From a virus (Duplodnaviria > Heunggongvirae > Uroviricota > Caudoviricetes), in IMG/VR virus record IMGVR_UViG_3300047476_001238, positions 15,712-79,711 of that record: DNA of 64,000 nucleotides; one strand, written 5' to 3'. Each line of letters opens with the position of its first letter. The stretch's first letter is position 1. Both the position numbers and the translations under genes were made by a program. The notes under the pieces are model-generated. The model saw only the letters and a program-made list of their open reading frames with translations, was not told where the DNA came from and did no database searches. Positions 36,759-46,219 of the stretch are shown here, in pieces.

Positions 36759-37137
36759 TTATTTTACTCGTTGAATAATTTTGTACTAGTGGATAGTATT
36801 TAATGTCGCCACAATATTCAGATCCTGTGATCTTTTTGCCTTGGTAATCTGATCCTTTAATCATTAGATCTGGTTTGTAAAGTTTACAAATATGTTCCAG
36901 TTCCTGTTGTGTGTCAAAAATCCATACTGCATCCACACACTTTAGGTTATCCAATGCAAACTTACGATCTTCTTGATTATTAATTGGTCTTGATGGGCCT
37001 TTTAACTCGCGCACACTACGGTCGCTGTCAATACATACCAATAGATAGGTACCTTGACTACGTGCAAAGTTAAGCATTTCGATATGCCCGCGATGCAGTA
37101 TATCAAAAGTACCGTTAACGATTACTCTTCTATTCAT
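36733..37137 (-). CDS. hldC: D-beta-D-heptose 1-phosphate adenylyltransferase (HldE domain II / HldC)
   Basis: 134 aa cytidylyltransferase-fold protein with GTFDILHRGH (HxGH) and a downstream KGSDY. Confidence 0.78.
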   Translation of the reverse strand: MNRRVIVNGTFDILHRGHIEMLNFARSQGTYLLVCIDSDRSVRELKGPSRPINNQEDRKFALDNLKCVDAVWIFDTQQELEHICKLYKPDLMIKGSDYQGKKITGSEYCGDIKYYPLVQNYSTSKIIENINNRK

Positions 37138-37730
37138 TTTAAATGATCTTTAAACAATTTCAAAATCTCCACCCACGACAAACTTTTGTTGTCTTTGTGC
37201 TCAAATCTGAGACTAATTGTTAATCTCCAATCGTCGTCGTAATTTGCTACTCTGTGAGGAACATTTATTCTAATCAACGTAGGCCCTACTATTCGCTTTC
37301 GTTCAACTTCTACTAGTTTTGATTCATCAAACGGTCTATAATAATCTTCTTTGTTATACGAGCCCGGAATAAAACAATCAGTCACAGTTAACCCAGGTTC
37401 TGGTTTGTAATAAATTTGTTCGGAATCTAGACCCGACATTACCCAATTTACAGCTGGGAGTAAGTAATCTTCGCCGCCGCCATCAATGTGAATACCAGCA
37501 ACAAAATGTGGTGGGGTTTTAAAAATGTTGACTGCATGCATTTTTAAATTTTTAGTATCGATCCAATCTAAAATTTCTTGATTGACTACACTGTTTCCTT
37601 CCTCACGAACGTAAGTCCAAAATAATGGAGTCTGACGGTGTTGGAATGCTATAGCAGTATCGTCTGCAGGAATTACGAAATTTTTATTTAATGGCTCAGA
37701 AAAAAAATTTAAATCATGCATGTATTTCAT
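37134..37730 (-). CDS. hypothetical protein (198 aa) in the heptose operon
   Basis: Coupled ORF. The candidate HIDGGGED-like metal site is weak. Confidence 0.45.
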   Translation of the reverse strand: MKYMHDLNFFSEPLNKNFVIPADDTAIAFQHRQTPLFWTYVREEGNSVVNQEILDWIDTKNLKMHAVNIFKTPPHFVAGIHIDGGGEDYLLPAVNWVMSGLDSEQIYYKPEPGLTVTDCFIPGSYNKEDYYRPFDESKLVEVERKRIVGPTLIRINVPHRVANYDDDWRLTISLRFEHKDNKSLSWVEILKLFKDHLK

Positions 37731-38086
37731 TTTTGACTGTCCCCGGGCTGCACACGATAATTGTCCTCTACCGAGTCTGGTGTTGAGACTTCAATAATCA
37801 CACCTTCTTCAATACAAATCAACTGATGCGGAAACAGGGGCTGATTGCGCCACACATCGCCTACATGTAGTTCCTGTTCTTGCTGAGCTGCATTTTTTGT
37901 ATCAATGTACTTGACTATAAATTTGCCACTTAGCACATACCAGGTCTCATCTTTTTCTGCATGAAAGTGCATGCTAAATCGAGCACCTGGATTAAATTTC
38001 ATTAGCTTACCGCAATAACGATCGTTAGTGGCCCAAATTAGTTCATGTCCCCAGCCTTTTTCTACAAATCCTTCTAGTCTTGTCAT
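37727..38086 (-). CDS. cupin-domain protein (119 aa), possible sugar isomerase/epimerase
   Basis: WGHE...FNPGARFSMHFHAEKDETWYVLSG is a two-His cupin motif. Confidence 0.55.
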   Translation of the reverse strand: MTRLEGFVEKGWGHELIWATNDRYCGKLMKFNPGARFSMHFHAEKDETWYVLSGKFIVKYIDTKNAAQQEQELHVGDVWRNQPLFPHQLICIEEGVIIEVSTPDSVEDNYRVQPGDSQK

Positions 38087-38856
38087 ACCTGTTCAATTTC
38101 CTCTAATGTTGGGCTATACACACCAATGTGCTGTACAGTTATACTGGAAGCCCGAATAGCAAATTGGATTGATGATGTAATGTCTTGTGATAAAACGTAG
38201 TTGTATGCGAGAGCAGATAAAAAAGTATCACCTGCCCCGCATACATCAAACGCCTCTACTTGTGGAGCAGAAATCGTGTGTTCTTTGTACCGGGCACCAT
38301 CTTTCCCGAGTGTGACAATAAGTTCTGTAGGGAAAGTTTTAGCAGCAGCATGTTCAACTTGGTTAATTTTAACGAAGCAACCTTCGAATCTTGCAAGGTC
38401 AGTTTTCTTTGTGTCAACGAAAATAGGACCTGAATAATTCTTTCGAAGATGTTCGATGGTCTCATATTCTACGCTTCCCTTGTTGTAATCACTGACAACT
38501 ATTGCATTGTACTGGTCTATGTTGTTGTAGTCAACTTTTACGGCACGACTAGGCGAGTCTTGATCTATCCTAACCAAGTGTTGTTTTGTTCTTGAATCGA
38601 TCACCCGAGTCTTAACACATGTTTTAAGTCCATGCACAAAATCAACTGCACAACCAAGGCGTTCTAGGTTGTCTTTGACATTTGCTGCCATGCCAGGTTT
38701 GGTCACAGTGTGTGTATAATTCACTACCGGCACCGGTGCTTCTGGACTGATTCTGGTCACTGTGCCGTATTGATACTGATCAATACCGTTATCGCCAATC
38801 AACAGTATTCGCACTTTAGAAGTATTGACAGTTGGGTCTAGGGAAGTAGCATTCAT
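38083..38856 (-). CDS. hldA: D-beta-D-heptose 7-phosphate kinase (HldE domain I / HldA, PfkB family)
   Basis: VRILLIGDNGID N-terminus as in RfaE, and the ribokinase-family DVCGAGDTF motif. Confidence 0.8.
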   Translation of the reverse strand: MNATSLDPTVNTSKVRILLIGDNGIDQYQYGTVTRISPEAPVPVVNYTHTVTKPGMAANVKDNLERLGCAVDFVHGLKTCVKTRVIDSRTKQHLVRIDQDSPSRAVKVDYNNIDQYNAIVVSDYNKGSVEYETIEHLRKNYSGPIFVDTKKTDLARFEGCFVKINQVEHAAAKTFPTELIVTLGKDGARYKEHTISAPQVEAFDVCGAGDTFLSALAYNYVLSQDITSSIQFAIRASSITVQHIGVYSPTLEEIEQV

Positions 38857-39565
38857 TATTTTGTAATGGCTTAATTTTAATTGTTTCTAGCACAGAACTT
38901 TTACCCAGTCCCATAGCAATACTGTAGGCGGCACTTTGATTGCCCATGAACAAATCTGCACCAGCTATTACATCAGCAAGTTCTTTAAAGTCTTTTACAG
39001 CATAGTAGTTTACACGAAAACCAGTGCTTTTTTCAAAGTCTTCATGTTCGTCTTGTGTGCCAACAAATATGCCGTTTTGTGAGATATTGGCCTGTTCCAG
39101 TAGATTTTGCCAGGTGCCTGTGCCATTGGGACAACGATATCTAAATGTTCTATTGATTACCACAGGTGCCACACGCACAGGATCAGCTTCTAGCCATGTT
39201 TCGTTATAGATGTCAGCAGTGACTGGCATGCCAAATGTTCTATGATAGGCTTCAACATAGTTGCCTTCGAATCCGCGGAATAACACACCACGAAAACGAT
39301 CTAGATCCACATCATGGTCACCGGTCCAGACTGTGACAGAGTCAATGTATGATTGCCTTGACAACAAGGGTTTAATCAAATCAAGATCCGCATTGCGGAA
39401 TCTTCCTTGATGTGCAGGATCTACTTCATCGGGTCTATAACCGTATTGGGCTACACAATGTTCTATGTTCTCTAGGTGTACAGCAAAAGTGCCGCCACCC
39501 ATTTTTTTAACCACACTTAGACTGTAGATCAAATCGCCAAATGTTCCTGAATGTCTAAAAATCAT
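38816..39565 (-). CDS. glycosyltransferase family 9 (LPS heptosyltransferase-like) 1
   Basis: FRHSGTFGDLIYSLSVV N-terminal block and C-terminal FMGNQSAAYSIAMGLG, as in WaaC/WaaF. The start is uncertain (39565 or 39619). Confidence 0.7.
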   Translation of the reverse strand: MIFRHSGTFGDLIYSLSVVKKMGGGTFAVHLENIEHCVAQYGYRPDEVDPAHQGRFRNADLDLIKPLLSRQSYIDSVTVWTGDHDVDLDRFRGVLFRGFEGNYVEAYHRTFGMPVTADIYNETWLEADPVRVAPVVINRTFRYRCPNGTGTWQNLLEQANISQNGIFVGTQDEHEDFEKSTGFRVNYYAVKDFKELADVIAGADLFMGNQSAAYSIAMGLGKSSVLETIKIKPLQNNECYFPRPNCQYF

Positions 39566-39770
39566 ATTCTGTTTTAAAATTATAGTTTGAATACATACTA
39601 CCTGGCTGACCAGGTTCATTACTTTCTGTACATTTTAATCTATGATCGCTAGCATGCGGGCAACGTTTATTGCCACACTTGGAGCATACAATCATTCGTG
39701 ATGCGGAAACTGGGAATCCGTATTCATTACGAACTCCATCTAAACAACGATGACAATTTCCACAGTTCAT
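39555..39770 (-). CDS. small Cys-rich protein (71 aa)
   Basis: CGNCHRC...CSKCGNKRC suggests a zinc ribbon. Confidence 0.4.
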   Translation of the reverse strand: MNCGNCHRCLDGVRNEYGFPVSASRMIVCSKCGNKRCPHASDHRLKCTESNEPGQPGSMYSNYNFKTEYDF

Positions 39771-40639
39771 AAGATCTCTAATATGTTAACTGCAATGCGC
39801 TCGGCATCAAAGCTGTTGCTGCAACGAAAATCTCCGTACTTGCAAACAACCTGACTAACAGGCCGTTGTTGATGGTCGTTGCAACCCACACATTCAACTG
39901 AGGATTTAATAGCAGTGTAAGGTTTGTGTTGAGGAGCAATACGTTCAGGTAATAAATGCGTATGCAGACTCACAATGTGTGTGCCACTGGCTACTGCAAT
40001 ATGATATGGGCCGGAATCAATTCCAACAAAGCACCGGGCATGATCCATTAGCAATTTTTGTTGTTGAACACTTAGCCGATCTCTGGCGTCGACAAACAAC
40101 GGATGCTCCACCAATCCATCCTGTGCAGAACCTACACATACAATCTTGAAGTCTGTGCGTTCAGTAAACAGCCGTTCAAACACAGCATACCAAGTGTCCC
40201 AACTCATGTTCTTCAATGGCCAATACCACTGTCTGATATGAACCACAATGTAGTTGTCTAGTTCGTTGTCTTGTAAAAATCCATTTACAGTTGCTACATC
40301 AACTTCGTTGTGGAACAGCTCGGGCGTTTTTGTATCCACTGCTGATGTACCAAAAGCGCGATAGAAATAGCTGTCCAGATAATGATTGAGAGGATTCTGC
40401 TCGTAGGCATCATCCAGATTAATGTATAAATCATATTTGGCCGGGTCCGGCATTGCATTGGTATGATAAATTGCTCTCACGTGAGGATTATTATCATACA
40501 CGTTAGGAAACTCTGTGGCCACATCTATTTCACAGGTATATCTATTTTTAAGTTCGCGCACCACGCCGGTGCTCATAATCACATCGCCAAGTGCTGCACG
40601 TCTGCGTACCAGTATCTGTTGCGGGCGTTCAATATTCAA
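39767..40639 (-). CDS. glycosyltransferase family 9 (LPS heptosyltransferase-like) 2
   Basis: ILVRRRAALGDVIMSTGVVRELK and FVGIDSGPYHIAVASG GT9 signatures. Confidence 0.78.
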   Translation of the reverse strand: MNIERPQQILVRRRAALGDVIMSTGVVRELKNRYTCEIDVATEFPNVYDNNPHVRAIYHTNAMPDPAKYDLYINLDDAYEQNPLNHYLDSYFYRAFGTSAVDTKTPELFHNEVDVATVNGFLQDNELDNYIVVHIRQWYWPLKNMSWDTWYAVFERLFTERTDFKIVCVGSAQDGLVEHPLFVDARDRLSVQQQKLLMDHARCFVGIDSGPYHIAVASGTHIVSLHTHLLPERIAPQHKPYTAIKSSVECVGCNDHQQRPVSQVVCKYGDFRCSNSFDAERIAVNILEIL

Positions 40640-41840
40640 TCTCTACCTCTGGGAAATAACGCAGGAATCTATCATCCATACAATTGCGTTTGGTTTTAAT
40701 TTTTTCTCTAATCTCTTTAAAGAAATTCCACGCCAAGGGTATAAACAAAATCTTGTCATTGTCAGTGTAGTTGTCTAGCACATCAGATCCAACAACAGGA
40801 ATATCCATACCCGGGCTGTAGGTATTTTGTTTAAGTGGATTGTCGTCAATTATACAATCCAATTTGAGTTTTGTGTAATTAAGTAAGGTCATTCCTTTGG
40901 CAGCGGCGCCATACCCAACCAACTTGAATCCAAGTTCTCGATACTCTGCACAGATTTCAATAAGAAAATTTTTAATTGCAAAAACATCGTCGGCCCATTT
41001 TTCGTAGGTTGCTGGATCTTGCAGTTGAGATTCCATGGCAATTAAATTCTTGATGTGTTTGGGTCGTTTATGATTAGGACTCAACACAAATACATAACTG
41101 GTACCGTGTATGGGAGTTTTAATTACGTCTACTAGATTCCACCCAGCTTGTTTGGCCATAGCCCGCATAGACTGAATACAATAGAAACTGATATGTTCGT
41201 GATAGATAGTATCAAATTCGCCATTGAGTACCATGTCGGCTTGGCTGGTCTGAACAAAGAACAGTCCATCCTCTTTCATTAATGGTTCTAACAGTCGTAG
41301 GTATTCAACAGGATTGGGAATATGTGCAAATGCATTTTGCGAGACCACAATGTCAAACTTGCTGTGCTTTAGTTGATTAATGGACTTCTTGTCCCAAAAA
41401 CCACAAACAACTTTATGACCTTTTTTAGAACTTGTTTTGTACAAGTTTTCTGCAGGATCTACACCATGTGTAGTAAATCCAATTTGTCTAAATGCATCTA
41501 GTTGGCTACCATCATTACAGCCAATATCTAATACGTGTCCATGCCAACAATCCACATACTCTCTGCACCAACGTGCAAACCAATCCATGTATTCAAGATA
41601 TGTTTGACTGGTCCCGCTTACATAGGCATAGTTTTTGTAGATTGTTTCTGGATTAACAACATGAGTTAATTGCAAATGATTACAATCCGCACATCTATTA
41701 ACTGCCAAAGGATACTCGGTGTTCTGCCCGGGTTCCTTTAAAAAATTATTAGCCAATGGCTGATCGCCTAGATCTAGAGTGCTGACTAAATCTTTGCTGC
41801 CACAAGCAACACATTCATCAAGCTTTGCCAATTCTGTCAT
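40629..41840 (-). CDS. SAM-dependent sugar C-methyltransferase (TylC3/NovU-like, zinc-ribbon N-terminus)
   Basis: N-terminal CVACGS...CADCNH zinc ribbon, class I motif VLDIGCNDGSQL, and a C-terminal C-methyltransferase-like domain. Confidence 0.75.
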   Translation of the reverse strand: MTELAKLDECVACGSKDLVSTLDLGDQPLANNFLKEPGQNTEYPLAVNRCADCNHLQLTHVVNPETIYKNYAYVSGTSQTYLEYMDWFARWCREYVDCWHGHVLDIGCNDGSQLDAFRQIGFTTHGVDPAENLYKTSSKKGHKVVCGFWDKKSINQLKHSKFDIVVSQNAFAHIPNPVEYLRLLEPLMKEDGLFFVQTSQADMVLNGEFDTIYHEHISFYCIQSMRAMAKQAGWNLVDVIKTPIHGTSYVFVLSPNHKRPKHIKNLIAMESQLQDPATYEKWADDVFAIKNFLIEICAEYRELGFKLVGYGAAAKGMTLLNYTKLKLDCIIDDNPLKQNTYSPGMDIPVVGSDVLDNYTDNDKILFIPLAWNFFKEIREKIKTKRNCMDDRFLRYFPEVEIEY

Positions 41841-41841
41841 A

Positions 41842-42564
41842 TTAATTTTTAATTGCTACACCATTGGGTGCAATTGAACCTTCAACACCAAGTACAGGAA
41901 TTTCTGTCACTAATTCTGTTGGTAAGAACTTGTACAGTACATGTTCAATGTCTGCATAACCGCCTGCAGACACACGCTGTGCCATATAATTTAAACTGTC
42001 TGTGTACGTTTGAATTACACGTTCAGTTTGATCGGCCGGCCACGACCAAAGTCTAGCCATGTATTGTAGTTCGATACCAGTCACTTCAAACGGAAACTGA
42101 CTGCGATTCTTTGGACCAATTATGATTCGATCTGAGTGTTCCTGGTAGATGCCAAGATCAAATTCGTCGTTTAGAATATAGCGGCCTGACATTTTGTGAA
42201 TTCTATCTACGTCTGCAAAGTCGCCGTCGTCTAAACACATTCTTAATGTTTTACCAAAACACATTATTTCAGTACTGTTCTTTACAATATCCCAATTGTC
42301 AGTGCTGTTGTAGATAGCACGTACATCGGCATCTGTGCTAAAGTCTACTAAAAGATCGCAATTTTCTTCTAACAGTTGGCTCTGAGCCTCAGTTAGTGGT
42401 GTTCCGGTACACTCCATGATAATGATTTTAGAGCCTGGAGCTCGAGCTCTAATACTGTCTATTGTTGTTAATGTTTGTTGTAATCGAGCAGCCGGTGTAT
42501 ATACGCCAAATTTTGAATTGATTGCGCTGGTCACTACAAAACAGTGTTTAATTGTTTGATTCAT
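41842..42564 (-). CDS. hypothetical protein (240 aa) in the glycan operon
   Basis: Coupled ORF with no motif. Confidence 0.45.
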   Translation of the reverse strand: MNQTIKHCFVVTSAINSKFGVYTPAARLQQTLTTIDSIRARAPGSKIIIMECTGTPLTEAQSQLLEENCDLLVDFSTDADVRAIYNSTDNWDIVKNSTEIMCFGKTLRMCLDDGDFADVDRIHKMSGRYILNDEFDLGIYQEHSDRIIIGPKNRSQFPFEVTGIELQYMARLWSWPADQTERVIQTYTDSLNYMAQRVSAGGYADIEHVLYKFLPTELVTEIPVLGVEGSIAPNGVAIKN

Positions 42565-43595
42565 TTACGCAACCATCTTTCATTATGTAATGTCCACTGC
42601 ACCATTTCGTTAATACGCTCGCTCAATTTAATCTTGGGTTCCCATCCTAGACTCTTTAGTAGACCACCGTCTAGTGCATAGCGCATGTCGTGTCCTGGGC
42701 GGCTGGTATGAAAATCGGTCATTTCATACTTGAGTTCCTTGCCCACAGCAGCGGCGATCATTTGTGCTAGGGTAAGATTATCAATTTCTTCTGTACCAAC
42801 AAGGTTAAACTTCGGGCAGTGAGCGTGGCCGTAGTCTCCCGAGTGAGTATAATCCTTGAGGCCGAGTATGAACATAAGACCCTCAGCAACATCTCGGGCA
42901 TGGATATACATTCTACTACCTGCCACGGTTCTCGTCGGATCACTGTGTATGATGACTGTTTCCCCATCTCTTACCTTTTGAATAGTTGCCGGAATAAACT
43001 TTTCCGGATGCTGACGCTCACCAAATACATTCATAGTATGGGTGACCACAATAGGCATCTTGTAAGTGTTTTCATATGCAACACAAAACTCTTCCGCTGC
43101 CGCTTTAGACGCTGAATAGGGGTTGGTTGAGTTATATCTATCATACTCTTTATACGATACACCTGGCGGTGCAATCCCATATATCTCGTCAGTGGAAAAG
43201 TATACAAAGCGTTCCAGATTTGGTAAGTTTTTCCTTGCATAGTCTAACATATTGACAGTACCAACTACATTGTCCTGCACAAACTCCATCGGGTAAGCAA
43301 TTGAACGATCCACGTGACTGCCTGCCGCCAAGTGTAGGATGATATCTACCGGTCCAATATCGTGTGCAATTTGACTATTGATTTCGGCACGAAGATCGTG
43401 GAACACAATACGCAACCGCTTGCTTGTTGTTATTGGGTTGTGAGTCATCAACATATCAGCCAATCGATTTAAATTTCCTGATATGTCAAGACGATCCAAA
43501 CAGATAATGTTCCAATCTGTATCTTGTAAAATTTTATCTATAACATGATGCGCGATGAACCCAGCACCGCCGGTGACTAAAACTGTTTTTGACAT
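42561..43595 (-). CDS. NDP-sugar 4,6-dehydratase (RmlB-like SDR)
   Basis: VLVTGGAGFIAHHV Rossmann motif, STDEIYG, YSASKAAAE catalytic YxxxK, and a length of 344 aa. Confidence 0.85.
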   Translation of the reverse strand: MSKTVLVTGGAGFIAHHVIDKILQDTDWNIICLDRLDISGNLNRLADMLMTHNPITTSKRLRIVFHDLRAEINSQIAHDIGPVDIILHLAAGSHVDRSIAYPMEFVQDNVVGTVNMLDYARKNLPNLERFVYFSTDEIYGIAPPGVSYKEYDRYNSTNPYSASKAAAEEFCVAYENTYKMPIVVTHTMNVFGERQHPEKFIPATIQKVRDGETVIIHSDPTRTVAGSRMYIHARDVAEGLMFILGLKDYTHSGDYGHAHCPKFNLVGTEEIDNLTLAQMIAAAVGKELKYEMTDFHTSRPGHDMRYALDGGLLKSLGWEPKIKLSERINEMVQWTLHNERWLRK

Positions 43596-43625
43596 GAATC
43601 CTCAGTAATTGTTGAATAAATGTAT

Positions 43626-43775
43626 TTATTCGCCTGCTTTTGGGGCGATAAATTGCTTGATATGACTCATTGCTTTTCGGGCAGTATCAAATACGTACTC
43701 CACGGTTTCGTCCTCAAGCTGGACGGTGACTACAAAACCATTTGCGACTTTTCTAATTTCAATTGATTCAAACAT
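43626..43775 (-). CDS. small hypothetical protein (49 aa)
   Basis: AAGGAA RBS 5 nt upstream of the ATG and a TTGACT-N17-TAAAAT promoter further upstream. Not in the supplied ORF track because it is under 60 aa. Confidence 0.35.
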   Translation of the reverse strand: MFESIEIRKVANGFVVTVQLEDETVEYVFDTARKAMSHIKQFIAPKAGE

Positions 43776-43831
43776 ATCATTCCTTGAGGTTATTGACATG
43801 CTATTTTAATAAATTAAACAAGAAAAGTCAA

Positions 43832-44464
43832 TTATTTTTGTACCAGTTGATCGACAAAGTTGAGCAAATAACTGTGTCTGCCACCGTGCCATTGACGACG
43901 CATCCACGAATAACTATTGTACCAATGAGGATCTGCTTCGGGATGGCAACCGATCAATCCTATTCGATCTTGAATAATGGCCATCGGAGCATGATTGGGG
44001 TAAGTTGCTATGGTTTCAAATTGCGAGCCTGTATATGTGCAACCATCATAAAAATACATACTTGTTTTGACACCTTGCCACTTGACTGGCATTTCTTTGG
44101 CGTGTGGTCTGCGTGTGCATGTTGTGGGGTGTTTGATATATTGTGTCACCCGCACGTTGTTGAGTAAACCCAAATAGTCAGTGTCGGCCCAATAGGCGCC
44201 CATGCATACGCCCAAATAATAACCGCCATCGGCCACAAAATTTCTGATACGTTGGCCATTTGCTCGCATTAGATAATCGTAAGAATCTGAATCACCAATG
44301 CCGCCTGGAACAGCCACTATATCAACATCATCAAAGAAATCGTCTTCTAGTTCGTGCCGTGTGAATATTTTAAAATTGTAATGGCGTCCCAGAGCGCGAA
44401 TTATACCGTTCCCGGACTGAACAGAACATTTGGGTTGATGTACAAAAAGAGCTATTGTTTTCAT
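43832..44464 (-). CDS. class I glutamine amidotransferase-like (DJ-1/PfpI-fold) protein
   Basis: VAVPGGIGDS...LGVCMGAY nucleophile-elbow-like motif. Confidence 0.5.
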   Translation of the reverse strand: MKTIALFVHQPKCSVQSGNGIIRALGRHYNFKIFTRHELEDDFFDDVDIVAVPGGIGDSDSYDYLMRANGQRIRNFVADGGYYLGVCMGAYWADTDYLGLLNNVRVTQYIKHPTTCTRRPHAKEMPVKWQGVKTSMYFYDGCTYTGSQFETIATYPNHAPMAIIQDRIGLIGCHPEADPHWYNSYSWMRRQWHGGRHSYLLNFVDQLVQK

Positions 44465-44703
44465 CGTGGACGATACCGCACACCAACATAGGTTCCTGCA
44501 AATGCCCCAACAGCAGCAGGAATTAACAACCAGGGATTATGCGCTGATCCAATTATGGCCGAAGCATACAAGATATAAAGAACAGTTGCCCATACAGATG
44601 CTTTCAATGCTTGCGCCCGTTGAATGGACTGTATGTAATAAGCATTGAATACGTCAGTAAAAAACATTGCAAAAAAGGCTGCTGGATATTCCCAAGTTAG
44701 CAT
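44461..44703 (-). CDS. small membrane protein (80 aa)
   Basis: Two transmembrane helices. Confidence 0.4.
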   Translation of the reverse strand: MLTWEYPAAFFAMFFTDVFNAYYIQSIQRAQALKASVWATVLYILYASAIIGSAHNPWLLIPAAVGAFAGTYVGVRYRPR

Positions 44704-44733
44704 GATTGAAATACAATTATACAGTATTTAGTG

Positions 44734-44762
44734 AATAAAAAAGACCCTTGCGGGCCTTTATA
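44734..44762 (-). terminator. rho-independent terminator (GNRA-loop hairpin plus T-run) ending the pstS-porin operon
   Basis: On the minus strand, GGCCCGCAAGGGTC followed by TTTTTT. Confidence 0.45.
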
Positions 44763-44803
44763 CCGGTTACGAGTTCCGGCTGCACTCTATTGGTGTGCTC
44801 GAT

Positions 44804-46210
44804 TTAGAAATTCAATTGACTACGGAATATTACTGCTCTATCGCCATTTACTCGACTACCCGAACTGCCTACTAAACCATCAAACTTGGTGTCAACATAG
44901 TTTACCATAAAACGTAGGTTATCAGTAGCGAACCAAGTGATGCCGTAAGTTGTGGCAGTGGCACGATTGGTTTTGCCAGTTGCCACAGCAATATCGCCGG
45001 CGTCAAATTCGCTGAAACGCACACCAACTTGCCATGCCCCGCGACCACCTTTGTCCAGTGGATTAGCAGGTTTAACTGCGCTAAACACACCATCCTTGTA
45101 GTTGTAGCTTTCGCCGGTTAGATTGTACAAGGCCTGTACATAATAACCTTTAATTTCTTGATTGCTACCTGTGGTAGGATCATATTTGAAATTAAATTGT
45201 TCACCTTGAAGTTTAAAAGCATTGTATGCAAAGGCTGCTTCTAGACCTTGACGAGTTCTGACAGTATCACCACTTAGTGCAGAACCTGTAAAGAAAGCAC
45301 TCTGTGATCTGCTCTCTGTGCGACTGCTAGCTGGTGCTACACCACCTTTGATATCACCTACACTGTATGCAGCACCTAGGTGTGCGATGTATGCCTTGCT
45401 GCCAGTAAGCTCAGCAATATTGGTTGTGACGCGACCAATATAGTCAAACCCATCGTTTGCGGCATCTTTGTTGCCACGACCGCGACTCACTGCCACAGCA
45501 TAGGTTAAACCAGTTTTAGGCACACCGTGCAGCATGAATCCTGTTTCCTTGCCAGGAATGAATTCACCTTCAACTTGACCTACTAGGCTACGTTCCATAA
45601 AATCAATATTGTTAGAACTGGTCAATTGCTCTAAGCTGAATGGCATCTTGAATAAACCAAACTGAAATTGCAGTTCAGGATTGGCTGCATAATTTACCCA
45701 GGCTACATCCATAAGGCTCGATGTTGAACTGAAGCCAACGTCGTTGCCAAAATTACCAACAAATTCGTATTTGAAATCCTTCTGGAATTGTCCACGTACA
45801 CCAAATCTAGCACGACGAACTTCTGCTAGGTTCTGATACGAATCTGTGGTTTGACCTGTACCGTAAGACGGGGAGTATTGACGATAGTCCATATGTAATC
45901 GACCTGTAAGCTGAATGGTATTGTTGCCATCTTTGCTTTTGAGCCCGATTCCGTTTTCGGTGACTGCACCATCGCTGGCCCTGGCTTGTCTGTATTTGAC
46001 TGACTCACTAACATCTTTGTCGATTCTTTGTTCTGCAAATCTTTTGTTTTCTGCTTTGTCTTTGTATTCTTCAACTTTGACATCATATTCCTTTTGTGTC
46101 AAGATACCTTTTTCACGTAAGATATTTAACGTGTCGATGTACTCGTCTGCGTATGCCGGCACACTAAATGCCAAACTTAACGCCAATGCAATTTTTGTAA
46201 ATGTTTTCAT
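44804..46210 (-). CDS. phosphate-selective porin O/P family outer membrane protein
   Basis: Signal peptide MKTFTKIALALSLAFSVPAYA, Lys/Arg-rich repetitive beta-strand pattern, C-terminal aromatic ...SQLNF. Length 468 aa is typical of OprO/OprP. Confidence 0.75.
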   Translation of the reverse strand: MKTFTKIALALSLAFSVPAYADEYIDTLNILREKGILTQKEYDVKVEEYKDKAENKRFAEQRIDKDVSESVKYRQARASDGAVTENGIGLKSKDGNNTIQLTGRLHMDYRQYSPSYGTGQTTDSYQNLAEVRRARFGVRGQFQKDFKYEFVGNFGNDVGFSSTSSLMDVAWVNYAANPELQFQFGLFKMPFSLEQLTSSNNIDFMERSLVGQVEGEFIPGKETGFMLHGVPKTGLTYAVAVSRGRGNKDAANDGFDYIGRVTTNIAELTGSKAYIAHLGAAYSVGDIKGGVAPASSRTESRSQSAFFTGSALSGDTVRTRQGLEAAFAYNAFKLQGEQFNFKYDPTTGSNQEIKGYYVQALYNLTGESYNYKDGVFSAVKPANPLDKGGRGAWQVGVRFSEFDAGDIAVATGKTNRATATTYGITWFATDNLRFMVNYVDTKFDGLVGSSGSRVNGDRAVIFRSQLNF

Positions 46211-46219
46211 TACTGTTCC

